A stretch of 61,589 nt of DNA, filler included. It is 8 parts of 8 records of this genome, joined end to end, with 100 filler letters (N's around TTAATTAATTAA, not from the genome) between each part and the next. Parts side by side here need not be neighbours in the genome. Positions count along the whole stretch, not along the records: positions 22,547 to 30,392 come from DRR723986_28080; positions 30,493 to 41,346 come from DRR723986_28177; 6 more parts are not named here. One strand, 5' to 3'. A program made the translations under genes and the position numbers. Every line of letters begins with the position of its first letter. Positions within the stretch are counted from its first letter, which is position 1. This document shows, piece after piece, positions 27,352 through 36,937 of this stretch. The notes beneath the pieces were generated by a model, which was not told where the DNA came from, searched no databases, and worked only from the letters and a program-made list of their open reading frames with translations.

Positions 27352-29334
27352 TTACGGAATGAGTTCGATAAAGACGGTACGGTTGTAAAATCTTCCTTCT
27401 GGGAGCTCATTGTCAAATGCAAGGCGATCATCATTTTCACCGTATCCGATCACTTCTACCGGCGTGTCGATTCCACGCATTCGGGCTTCATCACGCAGAA
27501 TTTCGCCAACTTCTGCAGCACGTTCCTGCGAGAGTTCGTAGTTGTACTCTTCGTCACCTACGATGTCGGTAAATCCATACACGAGCGCAATTGAGTTGTC
27601 CGACAGGCGCGGTGCAATGTCGTTTTCGAGAAAGTCTTCGTACAGTGCCAACGGGTCTTCTTCATCATATGGAAACGTAACGGAGTAGCGCTGACCGATG
27701 TAGTCATCATCGCGTACTTCACTGCGGCTGAGCGTGAACTGGCGATTGTATGAAAATACCTGGCCGTTCATAGTTGTCACATTGATTGTAGCGGCATACT
27801 GTCCGGCATTACGTGAGCCAAGTACCTGCATGGCGTCAATGCGCTGAACGTCACGCAAAAATGGACCAAAGGTGTATTTTTCGTTATTACCTTCAATCGT
27901 TACGGTCCAGGACACGGCTTCTTCAGCATCGTTGAGAGCAAACACCAGGTCGTCGTCAAGCGGGTTGTAGTCTACAGTCTGAATGTGGACCGGGTCACGC
28001 AGTGAGTTATCGCTGAATTTGATGTCAACACGGCGGTTCTCATGGTACACCAGTTTGCGATCGTCCTCCGGCGTGCTTTCCGTACCGGAAGGGTTCAGCG
28101 GTACATTGCGCTCAAGAATGTTAATCCGGTTTGGTTCAATGTTAAATACGTCTACCCAATAGTCGCGAATGCTGGCAGCCATGTCACTGGCATCTGTGTC
28201 ACGTGGAGCTGCGCCATACAGCGTTACGTTTACATCTGGGTTGGCAACAAGTCTCTGGCCATAAATGTTAAGTGCATTGTGATATATGTGCATTTGTTCT
28301 GAATAGCGTTCAGCAAGGTTTAGGTTGCCGATTTCGCTATCGTCAAGCAAGTTGTTTTCATTAAAGCGTGCTGCCTGTTCTTCTGTTAACAAGCGGTAGC
28401 GCGCAGGGATCTCACTGGAGTTTTGATTGAAGAATATATGGTTCAGAATTGGGAAGTATTCATCTACTACACGTGTTTCCACAACTCCACCAACCGGCAG
28501 TCCGAGCGAAACTTCTACTCCGTCTTCAATTGGCTCAATTTCTTTGATTGGGATGCGCGGCGTAGCTTGTGCGCTACCGAAATCCATACCTAACTGGACA
28601 CCGGCACGGACGGTAACCGTACTCCAAATGTCATCAAAGTCGTCCACATTGTTTGGGTCGCGTGAAGGTGCTTCGCGTTGATCAAAAATATAGCCGGCCT
28701 CAACATAGGGAGTTAACATCCAACGGTTGGCGTCGGTTTCGGGGCTCAGCGAGATGTCATATGCAACACCGCCGTTAAACCCAAAGGCAAAGTCTTCAAA
28801 CTCTTCGTTTTCAATATCGGAATACACGTCGCGTTCGTTGTCCGCGCCATACTCCACATCATAGCTGCTTTCAAGTGTATAGTTTACCGTCGGTCCGACC
28901 TTAAAGTGGATGCCGTCGCCTTCCCACGGGTCTATTACGAGCATGGGCTCCAGCGCCAGGTAATAAACCGTCGCATCAAAGGTCTGCTGTGATGGGCGAT
29001 TCACTTCCGTTGCTTCACCGGAACGCGCATCAAAACCCAGGCGCATTTCCGTGCCCCACCATGAGCCGGAGTGGTATGCTGCAAAACCGCCAAGATACGC
29101 TCCGAAACCATCCCCATCATTCAGTTCAAATGGTACGAAGTTAGCGCGTGACTCGCCGGGGACGCTCAGGTCCTGCAGTCCCAGTCCGAGCATGTTGTAG
29201 TTGGCACCCGCATTGGCACCAAAACGCCAGGAGCTATTATCGACCGTGTCGGCATTGAATTGAGCTGAAGTTTCCGTGGTGTCGGACAAGAACAAGAGAG
29301 TAAAGGCTACAAATAATCCAGATAAGTACTTCAT
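27352..29334 (-). CDS. Outer-membrane beta-barrel + OmpA-like C-terminal domain protein
   Basis: Signal peptide; amphipathic aromatic beta-strands in the N-terminal ~260 aa; ENRRVDI; GFTDIVGDEEYNYELSQERA...GYGE...EGRFYNRTV; GGAAGG RBS before ATG 29334. Confidence 0.85.
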   Translation of the reverse strand: MKYLSGLFVAFTLLFLSDTTETSAQFNADTVDNSSWRFGANAGANYNMLGLGLQDLSVPGESRANFVPFELNDGDGFGAYLGGFAAYHSGSWWGTEMRLGFDARSGEATEVNRPSQQTFDATVYYLALEPMLVIDPWEGDGIHFKVGPTVNYTLESSYDVEYGADNERDVYSDIENEEFEDFAFGFNGGVAYDISLSPETDANRWMLTPYVEAGYIFDQREAPSRDPNNVDDFDDIWSTVTVRAGVQLGMDFGSAQATPRIPIKEIEPIEDGVEVSLGLPVGGVVETRVVDEYFPILNHIFFNQNSSEIPARYRLLTEEQAARFNENNLLDDSEIGNLNLAERYSEQMHIYHNALNIYGQRLVANPDVNVTLYGAAPRDTDASDMAASIRDYWVDVFNIEPNRINILERNVPLNPSGTESTPEDDRKLVYHENRRVDIKFSDNSLRDPVHIQTVDYNPLDDDLVFALNDAEEAVSWTVTIEGNNEKYTFGPFLRDVQRIDAMQVLGSRNAGQYAATINVTTMNGQVFSYNRQFTLSRSEVRDDDYIGQRYSVTFPYDEEDPLALYEDFLENDIAPRLSDNSIALVYGFTDIVGDEEYNYELSQERAAEVGEILRDEARMRGIDTPVEVIGYGENDDRLAFDNELPEGRFYNRTVFIELIP

Positions 29335-30392
29335 AATACCTTCCATCATTTAATCTTACATACAACCGTAGATTCAGAACCCGGATAAGCTACCATATGA
29401 GTCAGGCACAGGGTGCTGGCTGATCATCATATACACCAAACCAATGTGGTGTGAGTGCCATTTTACTGTGGCACTCTAGAATATTGGACTTAACCAATAT
29501 TGCAAAAGAAGGCAAGTTAAGTGCTTGTTAAATCACACATAAACACGGGCCGGGGAGGCCACACTGAAACCTTGCGTCTCAGTACACTTGCAACTGCATG
29601 CGCTATATCTAGCCGGGTTTTCAAAGTCGCTCGTCATTGGCGACACCACTGTTAACGAAAAGGCCGTAAATCTTATTGTATTCAAGTGTGAATTTTTCTG
29701 AGATTTTTATGCATTTTCTGCAATTGAATACTGAATTAAACTTGCAGCCTGGAGAAGGTAAACGTCTTGTAAAGTTAGTAACAGAGCGGATTGGGCGCGT
29801 TTCTGTTTTTCTGGCAGGTGCTATTTATTAAAGGACGGTTTTTTTTAGGTTCTTTGAACCTGCTGCTGGGTGCATTGTAAAATGCCACTTGCCCATAAGA
29901 TAATCTCTCTTTCTGGATGTGTGTGTTCTGTTGCCAGGAAGGTTAATCGCGGTAAGTGTGTGCTGCTGTGGTGTATTGTTAAGTTCTATGCTTAATAATG
30001 TTAAGTGTTTGAATTTAGATTGTGCGCGATTGATCTTGTTAAATGTCATCAAGCTTTGTTAAGTGTAGCACGACTTTCGCCATGTTCGATGGACGTTCGC
30101 TTTCTGTGAATCCTATCAACTAATTAATAGAAAGAGACCCAAGACGTTAAGGCGACCAAGGCGCGGAGCAGCCGGTCACAAATGTCGAGTTCCAGCACTG
30201 CCGAATGGCCGGCAGACAGTAAACTGTGTAGACCTCCGGACTTTGACTCAAATCTGGACACTAGTGGGTAACGCGGTTAATTGATTAATTGATAGATAGC
30301 CGGAATTCAGACGTAACGAGATGCGGCACTTTTTTGCTTACGCGAACGTTGCGCCTTACAATGTCGGCGAGAAGCTCCACTGGCTTGTTAAT

Positions 30393-30492
30393 NNNNNNNN
30401 NNNNNNNNNNNNNNNNNNNNNNNNNNNNNNNNNNNNTTAATTAATTAANNNNNNNNNNNNNNNNNNNNNNNNNNNNNNNNNNNNNNNNNNNN
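30393..30492. other. Artificial contig linker
   Basis: N44-TTAATTAATTAA-N44. Confidence 0.99.
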
Positions 30493-30503
30493 CCTCTCAT
30501 CCG
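30493..30503 (+). tRNA. Possible extreme 3' end of a tRNA (Ser-like) serving as integration site
   Basis: CCT-CTCATCC-G fits T-stem end + 7-nt acceptor strand + G discriminator; only 11 nt visible; an integrase remnant follows. Confidence 0.3.
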
Positions 30504-30573
30504 CACTGGTTTTTCTTGGGTCGAACGCATTTCTTGCCTCAACGACCCGACCACACTTTTTCGGCAAATATCG

Positions 30574-30596
30574 AATCAGTGACAAAATCAGTGACA
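30574..30596 (+). repeat. Tandem 11-bp direct repeat, candidate integrase arm-type binding sites
   Basis: AATCAGTGACA at 30574-30584 and 30586-30596, upstream of the integrase remnant. Confidence 0.5.
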
Positions 30597-30733
30597 CGCG
30601 TTGCTATTGGAGGGCACCGGCGTTGGTTGGTCGAACTAGGCGTTGGCAGTCTGTTGGAGCTTCGTTGAATCCCCCGTCGCTATCCTTGAGTGCTGAGTCT
30701 TCCTCCCTTTCTATTGAAACGGAGAGACTTAAA

Positions 30734-31123
30734 GTGGCTTCAATTCATCGAGACCCGAGTGGCAATTTTCACATCCACTTCCGCTTCAGTGGGCTTCGGT
30801 TTGAGCGTTCTTTGCGGACAAGGCACCAACGCAGGGCAGAAGCTGCTGCTAACCACGTTGAAGAAAATATTCGCTTGATCAGTGAGGGCATGCTGGTACT
30901 GCCTGACGACTTCGATGTGCCGACCTACTTGCTTTCCGCTGGTAAGCCTGCCGGTAAACCCAAGGTCAATAGAGACTGCAAGCTCGGACGCTTCGCTCAT
31001 ACTTCGAAACCGGTTTCGTTCGTTAAACAACGACATCAAATTCAGGGCGTTTTTCGATTAATACAGGAACAGCCTGTAAGAGTGGAGATTTTGGACAGTA
31101 TTCACTTTCAGTTGCAAGAATGA
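30734..31123 (+). pseudogene. N-terminal remnant of a planctomycete-type tyrosine integrase
   Basis: GGAGAG RBS + GTG; ASIHRDPSGNFHIHFRFSG.RFERSLRT...EENIRLISEG.L.LPDD.DVPTYLLS.GK resembles an integrase arm-binding N-terminus; no catalytic R-H-R-Y domain follows. Confidence 0.65.
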
Positions 31124-31889
31124 CGTATTGCGTACTCGACCTCTGTGCACAAGTCAGGGTGGAAACTCCAGCAAACCATTCGTCCGGCGCCTATTATTTG
31201 TGGCGTTGACGGTCGCCTGGACGAAACGGCGATCAAATTCCAGTGAAATTCGAGACGTCAACGGGTGCTTGCAATTTGAAAGTATCCAAGCCCCCCCATT
31301 AATCGAGAATTTTGAATGACAACGCAATTTCGCTACAAGACCGTTTTACTTCCGATCGCTGGAGCCAGCACGATTATCCTTTTATCGCTGCTCATCAATC
31401 GTTCATACTCTCTCATCCAGAGAACCGTCCGATTCAACCGATGGTGAATCGAGGTGGTCCGCAGCGTATAAATGGCCTAGATCGAATGCCACGACGGCAC
31501 AAACAAGAATCAAAAGAGAAGTAAGTATTCGCACGTAGTAGTCTCCAGCGTTGATAACGTTGCAAGGGCGATGGCACATTGCGTGCCGCATCGAGCCTTG
31601 CATTCAAGATTCGTCGCGGCCGGAGTAGGTACGACGTTGCTAACTATGCTGGATGCAGCAGTTTTGCAAATAGTTGGGAATAGTCGATCACCAGACAATG
31701 ATTTTGCGTGCTCGCAAAGCTACATGGTCGGTAGCGAACCAATGAGTCTGATCACCGCTCACGCGATAGGACAGCAAGGCGTTTGCCGCAGAGGATAGAT
31801 TGCGTCCAGCAGGGTTGAAACCAAATTGCAAGAGTCAATCAGACTCAAGAACAACAAACTGCGACGGGGCTTCTAGACTGCCAACGATT

Positions 31890-32048
31890 GCCTCTCAAGA
31901 GCTACTCGCTTCGCTTGTAAAGATTGCGTCCGAGCTTGGAACAGTACCATTGGCAGAGGGAGTTGAGACCGGAAAAGAACACGAAACGTGTCTTCAGATG
32001 GGCTTCAAGCTAGGACAGGGATATTTGTACGGAAGACCGACGCCTTAA
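31890..32048 (+). pseudogene. EAL-domain C-terminal fragment
   Basis: LLASLVKIASELGTVPLAEGVET...GFKLGQGYLYGRP; the N-terminal EAL portion is absent. Confidence 0.75.
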
Positions 32049-32212
32049 GCCAAAATCGTCAGCAATGAAAACAGAGGGCCACGTCTGCCCTCCTTGTGGA
32101 GATGCTGCAGCCAGCATTCTTTGCAGTTCGTGCAGTGAATACTGATTGTCCGATTACGTCCTTGCTCATACACAGCATCACAAGGTTCATTAGGCAGCCG
32201 GAGTCATTGCTT

Positions 32213-32871
32213 CTACCAATGGGTTTGGTTTTCGAAACCACTCATGAAGTTGGTTAGAATCACTGCTGATTCATGTGCAGAGCATCCGCTAACACCGAAA
32301 ATTTTGACAGAATCAAATCTCGCGTCTGATCGAATTCTTCTAACAGTTTCTACACCGTCAGATTTGGGCATCCGCATTTCGACCAACGCTACCTGAGGCA
32401 ATGGATTGTTCTCGAGATAGTCAATGCCGTCCAGACCATCGGCGGGCGTTGGTACATCAAATCCATACAGCCGGAGAAAGCCCGCGAGCATTTCGCGCTG
32501 TTTTTGCATTGTCGTCGATCAGCAATGCAGTTCATTTCGAAACTGACAAAGCTCTAGAAAGGGTTGGAGGCGACAACAATTCCGATAGGTATCAGCCTCG
32601 CTGAGATATCGACAACAAGCTCCTCGAGTGCTGTGGGCTCTTGGGCTTTCGCGCTAACCTTCGCCTTTAAAAGATGTAACGCCAGACCCATACTGTTCAG
32701 GTCGTTCCGTAATTGATGGCTCTTCTCTGTTAAGCCGCCATCTTCAATCGCGTGGAGTCTCGCGACCAACTCACTTCTGAGAATCTTGATGGACTTCGGC
32801 GCGTCGAAGTTGAGACGCACACGTTTGCTACTCAACGATGATCGCAACGTCCAAATCTGGACAAATCGCAT
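32213..32871 (-). pseudogene. Disrupted CsrA-like + receiver-domain fusion
   Basis: VRLNFDAPKSIKILRSEL (CsrA C-half), SHQLRNDLN..LALHLL linker, stop at 32554; ALLIDDNAK shifts frame at an A5 run (32501-32505) into QREMLAGFL...EMRMPKSDG; WFRKP lies in another frame. Confidence 0.7.
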
Positions 32872-33128
32872 GCGAGATGGTTCAGCAAGCGGTAAGCAAC
32901 CCGCGTATTGCTTGTTGCGTAGTGTGCAAGTTTGTGTGGGAAAGGTCCTCTATGTCAGCCACTGACTGTGCACCGAATGCTCGACTTAAACCTAAATTCA
33001 GGTCCAATCTCGGCTATATGAACTGACCAGCGAGTGTTAGCCATTAACTAGTGGCTTTGGCGGTGATTTTGAGGTCCAGCTTGCGGACCCTGCGCCCCTC
33101 GCGTTCATGCTCTAAGCAGGAGAAAACA

Positions 33129-33491
33129 ATGAGTCACATCGTGACTATCAGAACTGAGGTTCGGGATGCAGGTGCGGTAAGGCAAGCCTGCAAACGGCTT
33201 TCTTGGCCACAACCCAATCCAGGAACGCACAGGCTCTATGCCCAAGATGCCGAGGGCCTAGCTGTACAGCCACCGAAGTGGCGATATCCGATCGTTTGCG
33301 AATTGTCGTCCGGCAAACTGCACTACGACAATTTTGGCGGGCGTTGGGGTGAAACCGCAGAGCTTAATCGCTTTAAACAGGCCTACGCGGTCGAAAGAAC
33401 CATCCTCGAAACCCGCCGCGAGGGCCATACAGTTGTCGAGGAGCCATTAGCCAACGGTTCAATTCGGCTCACCGTTCAACTTCACAGCTAA
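33129..33491 (+). CDS. DUF1257 (Ycf35-like) protein
   Basis: AGGAG RBS; MSHIVTIRTEVRD..AV..AC.RL, WRYPIV, YDNFGGRWG, QAYAVE, GH.V.EE.L.NGSIRLTV. Confidence 0.8.
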   Translation: MSHIVTIRTEVRDAGAVRQACKRLSWPQPNPGTHRLYAQDAEGLAVQPPKWRYPIVCELSSGKLHYDNFGGRWGETAELNRFKQAYAVERTILETRREGHTVVEEPLANGSIRLTVQLHS

Positions 33492-33502
33492 GGAGCAAAA
33501 CA

Positions 33503-33703
33503 TTGCAAAGAACAGTCGTAATCACCATCACAAAAGACGGAAACACAGCCGTTGAAACAAGAGGGTTTGCAGGTACTTCCTGCAGAAGTGCCAGTCTTTC
33601 CTTCCGATCCGCGCTTGGGAAACCCGTCAAGGAACGACTCACCGATGAGTTCTACCTATACAACTCGCACCAAACATCAAACGAAAGCATAAAACAACAG
33701 TGA
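33503..33703 (+). CDS. DUF2997 protein
   Basis: AAGGAG RBS + TTG; ITITKDG.T.VETRGFAG.SC..AS....ALG....ERLT.EFY. Confidence 0.8.
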   Translation: MQRTVVITITKDGNTAVETRGFAGTSCRSASLSFRSALGKPVKERLTDEFYLYNSHQTSNESIKQQ

Positions 33704-35214
33704 GCACCATTACAATTAAGAACGAATTATGGGAACTAGTGCGAGCTGGCTTCTCGGGCATCTGGGTTGAAACCCAAGAACCCAATGAAGTCATACTCGA
33801 TGTTGCTGAAATGTGTGGAGAGAAGCAGCTTCGTCTTCTCGCATGGAATATTGATACCGGCCTTCGCAGCGTCGGCAGCGATGCCGATGCTGTCGAAGCT
33901 ACGGATCCGCTTGCTGCCGTGAAGACTTTGAGCACGTTTCAAAGCGACCAGAATACTCTCCTAATTCTTGAAAACTTTCATCGATTCGTTGACTCGCCAA
34001 CAGTTTGCCAAGCGGTCTTAACTCAATTGCAAATTGGTAAACAATTGGGGCGCCATATCATCATTCTCGCCCCTGTGATCGCTATGCCAGTTGAACTGGA
34101 GCGACAATTCACAGTCCTCTCACCGGAACTTCCAAGTCGTGAGAAAATCTGGAACATTGCAGCGTCACTCTCCGATGAAGAGGTTTCGACCATGGAAGAC
34201 TCAGACCGCCGGCAGCTTCTTGACGCAGCAGTTGGTCTCACGAGTTGCGAGGTTGAATCCGCCCTTAGTCTATCGCTAGTCCGCCATGGGCAGTTTTCAG
34301 TAGAAGAAATCTGGGACTTGAAGTCTCGATGGCTCAAGAGCTCAGGAATGCTAGAGCTGCATCGAGATTCGGAATCTGCTGGCTTCGAGAAGCTTGGTGG
34401 ACTGGAGAACTTGAAAGCACTTTCCATGAGATCTCTCCGTTTTCAGAGCAATGCAACTTCGCGTGCTAAACCGCGAGGAGTAATGTTGCTTGGCGTGCCG
34501 GGGACCGGAAAGTCGGCATTCGCAAAAGCACTGGCTAGTGAAACAGGAAGACCGCTTCTTGCTTTGGATGTCGGTCAGCTACTTGGATCACTAGTCGGCC
34601 AGAGTGAGGCTAATCTCCGTACAGCTTTGCGAACTGCCGATTCCATGGCACCATGCATCCTTTTCATCGATGAGGTCGAAAAAGCGCTCTCGGGTGCCAC
34701 GAGCCAAGGCGCGGGGGACAGTGGAGTGAGTAGCCGAATCCTGGGAACACTGCTCACTTGGCTAAATGACCATGAGAGCGAGGTGTACGTTGTCGTCACA
34801 TGCAACAACATCAAAGGGCTACCTCCTGAGTTTTCACGCGCAGAACGCTTTGATGCAACGCTTTTCCTAGACCTACCTGGCAGAAGCGAAAAAGATTCGA
34901 TTTGGCAAATGTATCTTGCAGACTATGAGCTACCAACAAGTCAGGATCTACCTTCGGATGAGAGTTGGACGGGAGCTGAGATCAAAGCATGCTGTCGATT
35001 GGCGAGCCTGCTGGACCTGACTTTGAGAGAAGCTGCTGAGTACATCGTCCCCGTCGGCCTCACGGCGGCTGAGGACATTGACCAGCTTCGAAACTGGGCC
35101 AACGGGCGGTGCTTGGACGCAAGCCGCCCCGGTTTTTATCGAAAGACCAAGCTAGCTGTTTCACCGGAGAACACTCCGCGACGCGGCCTAAGGATCTCCC
35201 CTTCAAAAAACTAA
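33700..35214 (+). CDS. Ycf46-like AAA+ ATPase (degenerate N-terminal module + active C-terminal AAA)
   Basis: WVETQEP, LILENFHRF, PVELER; Walker A GVPGTGKS, GSLVGQSE, Walker B ILFIDEVEK, TCNN, LPPEFSRAERFD..FLDLP, WTGAEI; GTGA overlap with DUF2997. Confidence 0.88.
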   Translation: MSTITIKNELWELVRAGFSGIWVETQEPNEVILDVAEMCGEKQLRLLAWNIDTGLRSVGSDADAVEATDPLAAVKTLSTFQSDQNTLLILENFHRFVDSPTVCQAVLTQLQIGKQLGRHIIILAPVIAMPVELERQFTVLSPELPSREKIWNIAASLSDEEVSTMEDSDRRQLLDAAVGLTSCEVESALSLSLVRHGQFSVEEIWDLKSRWLKSSGMLELHRDSESAGFEKLGGLENLKALSMRSLRFQSNATSRAKPRGVMLLGVPGTGKSAFAKALASETGRPLLALDVGQLLGSLVGQSEANLRTALRTADSMAPCILFIDEVEKALSGATSQGAGDSGVSSRILGTLLTWLNDHESEVYVVVTCNNIKGLPPEFSRAERFDATLFLDLPGRSEKDSIWQMYLADYELPTSQDLPSDESWTGAEIKACCRLASLLDLTLREAAEYIVPVGLTAAEDIDQLRNWANGRCLDASRPGFYRKTKLAVSPENTPRRGLRISPSKN

Positions 35215-35243
35215 AATTGACGCTTTTCCATCTAATTGCAGGC

Positions 35244-35266
35244 GGCCGGTTTACCGGTCTTTTTTT
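35244..35266 (+). terminator. Hairpin + T7 after the AAA gene
   Basis: GGCCGG-ttta-CCGGTC-TTTTTTT. Confidence 0.6.
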
Positions 35267-35296
35267 ATGCGCTTACGCACAAAAGGAACATAAACC

Positions 35297-35458
35297 TTGA
35301 ACCCTTGGAATTTCTTAACGCTACTCTTGACGACCGCCATCGCAACGCTGGCATGGATGGCTCTGTGGGAGAAACGCAAGCGACTGAGTTTACAGACACT
35401 ACTGGCAAGACTCCTGAAAGGAGGCAAGGACAGTGACAAACCTGAACCACCCTTTTAG
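35297..35458 (+). CDS. 53-aa single-pass membrane protein (absent from the ORF track)
   Basis: AAAAGGA RBS + TTG; MNPWNFLTLLLTTAIATLAWMALWEKRKRLSLQTLLARLLKGGKDSDKPEPPF*; hydrophobic helix then basic amphipathic helix; overlaps the next gene. Confidence 0.6.
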   Translation: MNPWNFLTLLLTTAIATLAWMALWEKRKRLSLQTLLARLLKGGKDSDKPEPPF

Positions 35459-35915
35459 TCGTTTCGGCTGTGGATTCGTCATGCTCGCTTTGGCAACAAC
35501 TGGTTGCGAACGCGGGCAACGGCTTAGCGACAGACAAGTTGATCAACTGCTTAGTTTACCTGCGGAGTCTGCTCAGGCTTCACGTGAGCTCGTGCAGCAT
35601 GACGCAGAGTCTCGTCAGGAGTGGCTCAATCTCCACTCCTCTCTGCATGCCGAGCTTGCTGAGATCGGTCGGCGGCAGGAACAACTTGAAGATCGACGAC
35701 AGCAACTCGCAAGACAACACAGAACGGACCTTTTGGTCTCAGAATCCATCCGGCATGGCAGCGCTATTTTGTTGTGCCTGATGCCTCTGTTGATCATCGT
35801 CGCTCTTGCACTGCCACAAAATCGCGACAGTTCTGACGAACTTTGCGAGTACCTCGTTTCTACAGTTGCCCAGCAGCAAGAGGAAGCTAGGCGACTTGAG
35901 AACAGAAATCATTGA
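35433..35915 (+). CDS. Putative lipoprotein with coiled coil and C-terminal TM helix
   Basis: AAGGAGG RBS + GTG; FVMLALATTG-C lipobox-like; E/Q/R heptad region; AILLCLMPLLIIVALAL TM. Confidence 0.7.
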   Translation: MTNLNHPFSRFGCGFVMLALATTGCERGQRLSDRQVDQLLSLPAESAQASRELVQHDAESRQEWLNLHSSLHAELAEIGRRQEQLEDRRQQLARQHRTDLLVSESIRHGSAILLCLMPLLIIVALALPQNRDSSDELCEYLVSTVAQQQEEARRLENRNH

Positions 35916-35942
35916 GCTATTGGCTCACACCTCAAAAGTTAT

Positions 35943-35984
35943 GCGCCGCATTTCCAGAGAATGGGATTGCGGCGTTTTTGTTTT
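35943..35984 (+). terminator. Hairpin + T-tract directly before the DUF3150-like gene
   Basis: GCGCCGCA...TGCGGCGT-TTTTGTTTT. Confidence 0.55.
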
Positions 35985-36004
35985 AATCATGAAAAGGACA
36001 CTTG

Positions 36005-36937
36005 ATGTCGAATCCTACAGACACTTTAGCCCCGTCAACAGCTTCCGACGCTGTACGGCTGCGGGAATCGTTCTCAGCCATGCGTGTTACATTCTCCTGG
36101 ATGGGAGCACGAAAGAGCCTCTCGCGGGACCAGCGTTCGCTGGCAGCTTTGCAGTTCAATGCCGAACAGAAAGCAATATCCGCCGGCAAGAAGTTATTCG
36201 ACGGAAGCCATCCTGCCATCAAGGCGATCAACCATGTGAAGCGTGACATCATTGGTTTTTGGAGGGGTAATTCGCTTCCGTACCCGGAGCCGAGTGTAAG
36301 ACTCGTTCGTCGGGTCGATCTGGACATCCTATCGGATCGGATGTCGCTTTTTGAACGTGAACTGCGCCAAGCAGCTGATCGCCTCCAGGCTGATTATGCA
36401 CAGGTTAAACTTCAAGCTCGTCGCCGCCTGGGCGAACTCTACTGTGAGTCCGACTATCCCGAGCGAGTTGCGAATCACTACGAGGTTGCTTGGGAATTCC
36501 CAAGTGTTGAGCCGCCGGATTACTTGAGACAGCTACAGCCTGAGCTCTACGCTGCTGAGTGCAAAAGAATCAAGCACCGCTTTGCGGAGGCTGCAGAGCT
36601 CGCCGAACAAGCGTTCGTCGAGGAGCTGAGCGGGCTGATTTCTCACTTGGGTGAACGCCTGGCAGGATCCGATGACGGAAAACCAAAGGTGTTTCGTGAT
36701 TCGGCCGTTGACCATCTGTCCGACTTCTTCCAGCGCTTCAAGCGTTTGAGTGTGTCATCCGATCGAGAATTGGATTCGTTGATCGAAAGGGCGCAGAACG
36801 TCTTAACTGGAGTTGGTCCCCAGGACCTCCGAGACAGCTCCTCGCTGCGTCAGGAAGTGGCGACACAACTTTCTGGAGTCCAAAGCGTGCTCGACGGTCT
36901 AATGGTCGACCGGCCCCGCCGGAGGATCATTCGATGA
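36005..36937 (+). CDS. Conserved hypothetical helical protein, DUF3150-like
   Basis: AAAGGA RBS; SAMRVTFSW.G.RK.L, SAGKKLFD..HPA, SLPYPEP.VRLV, LGELY.ESDYP, KPKVFRDSAV, LRDS..LRQEVA; family label from memory. Confidence 0.65.
   Translation: MSNPTDTLAPSTASDAVRLRESFSAMRVTFSWMGARKSLSRDQRSLAALQFNAEQKAISAGKKLFDGSHPAIKAINHVKRDIIGFWRGNSLPYPEPSVRLVRRVDLDILSDRMSLFERELRQAADRLQADYAQVKLQARRRLGELYCESDYPERVANHYEVAWEFPSVEPPDYLRQLQPELYAAECKRIKHRFAEAAELAEQAFVEELSGLISHLGERLAGSDDGKPKVFRDSAVDHLSDFFQRFKRLSVSSDRELDSLIERAQNVLTGVGPQDLRDSSSLRQEVATQLSGVQSVLDGLMVDRPRRRIIR

Noticed and set aside
29376-30250. CAGAACCCGG / AAAACCCGGCT and GAGTCAAAGTCCGG segments resembling RNase P RNA conserved regions
   Set aside because: The matches are imperfect and about 620 nt apart, and the other RNase P conserved elements are not seen.
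31410-31418. CTCTCATCC repeating the contig-start sequence, as a possible attR
   Set aside because: Only 9 bp and it would delimit under 1 kb; plausible by chance.
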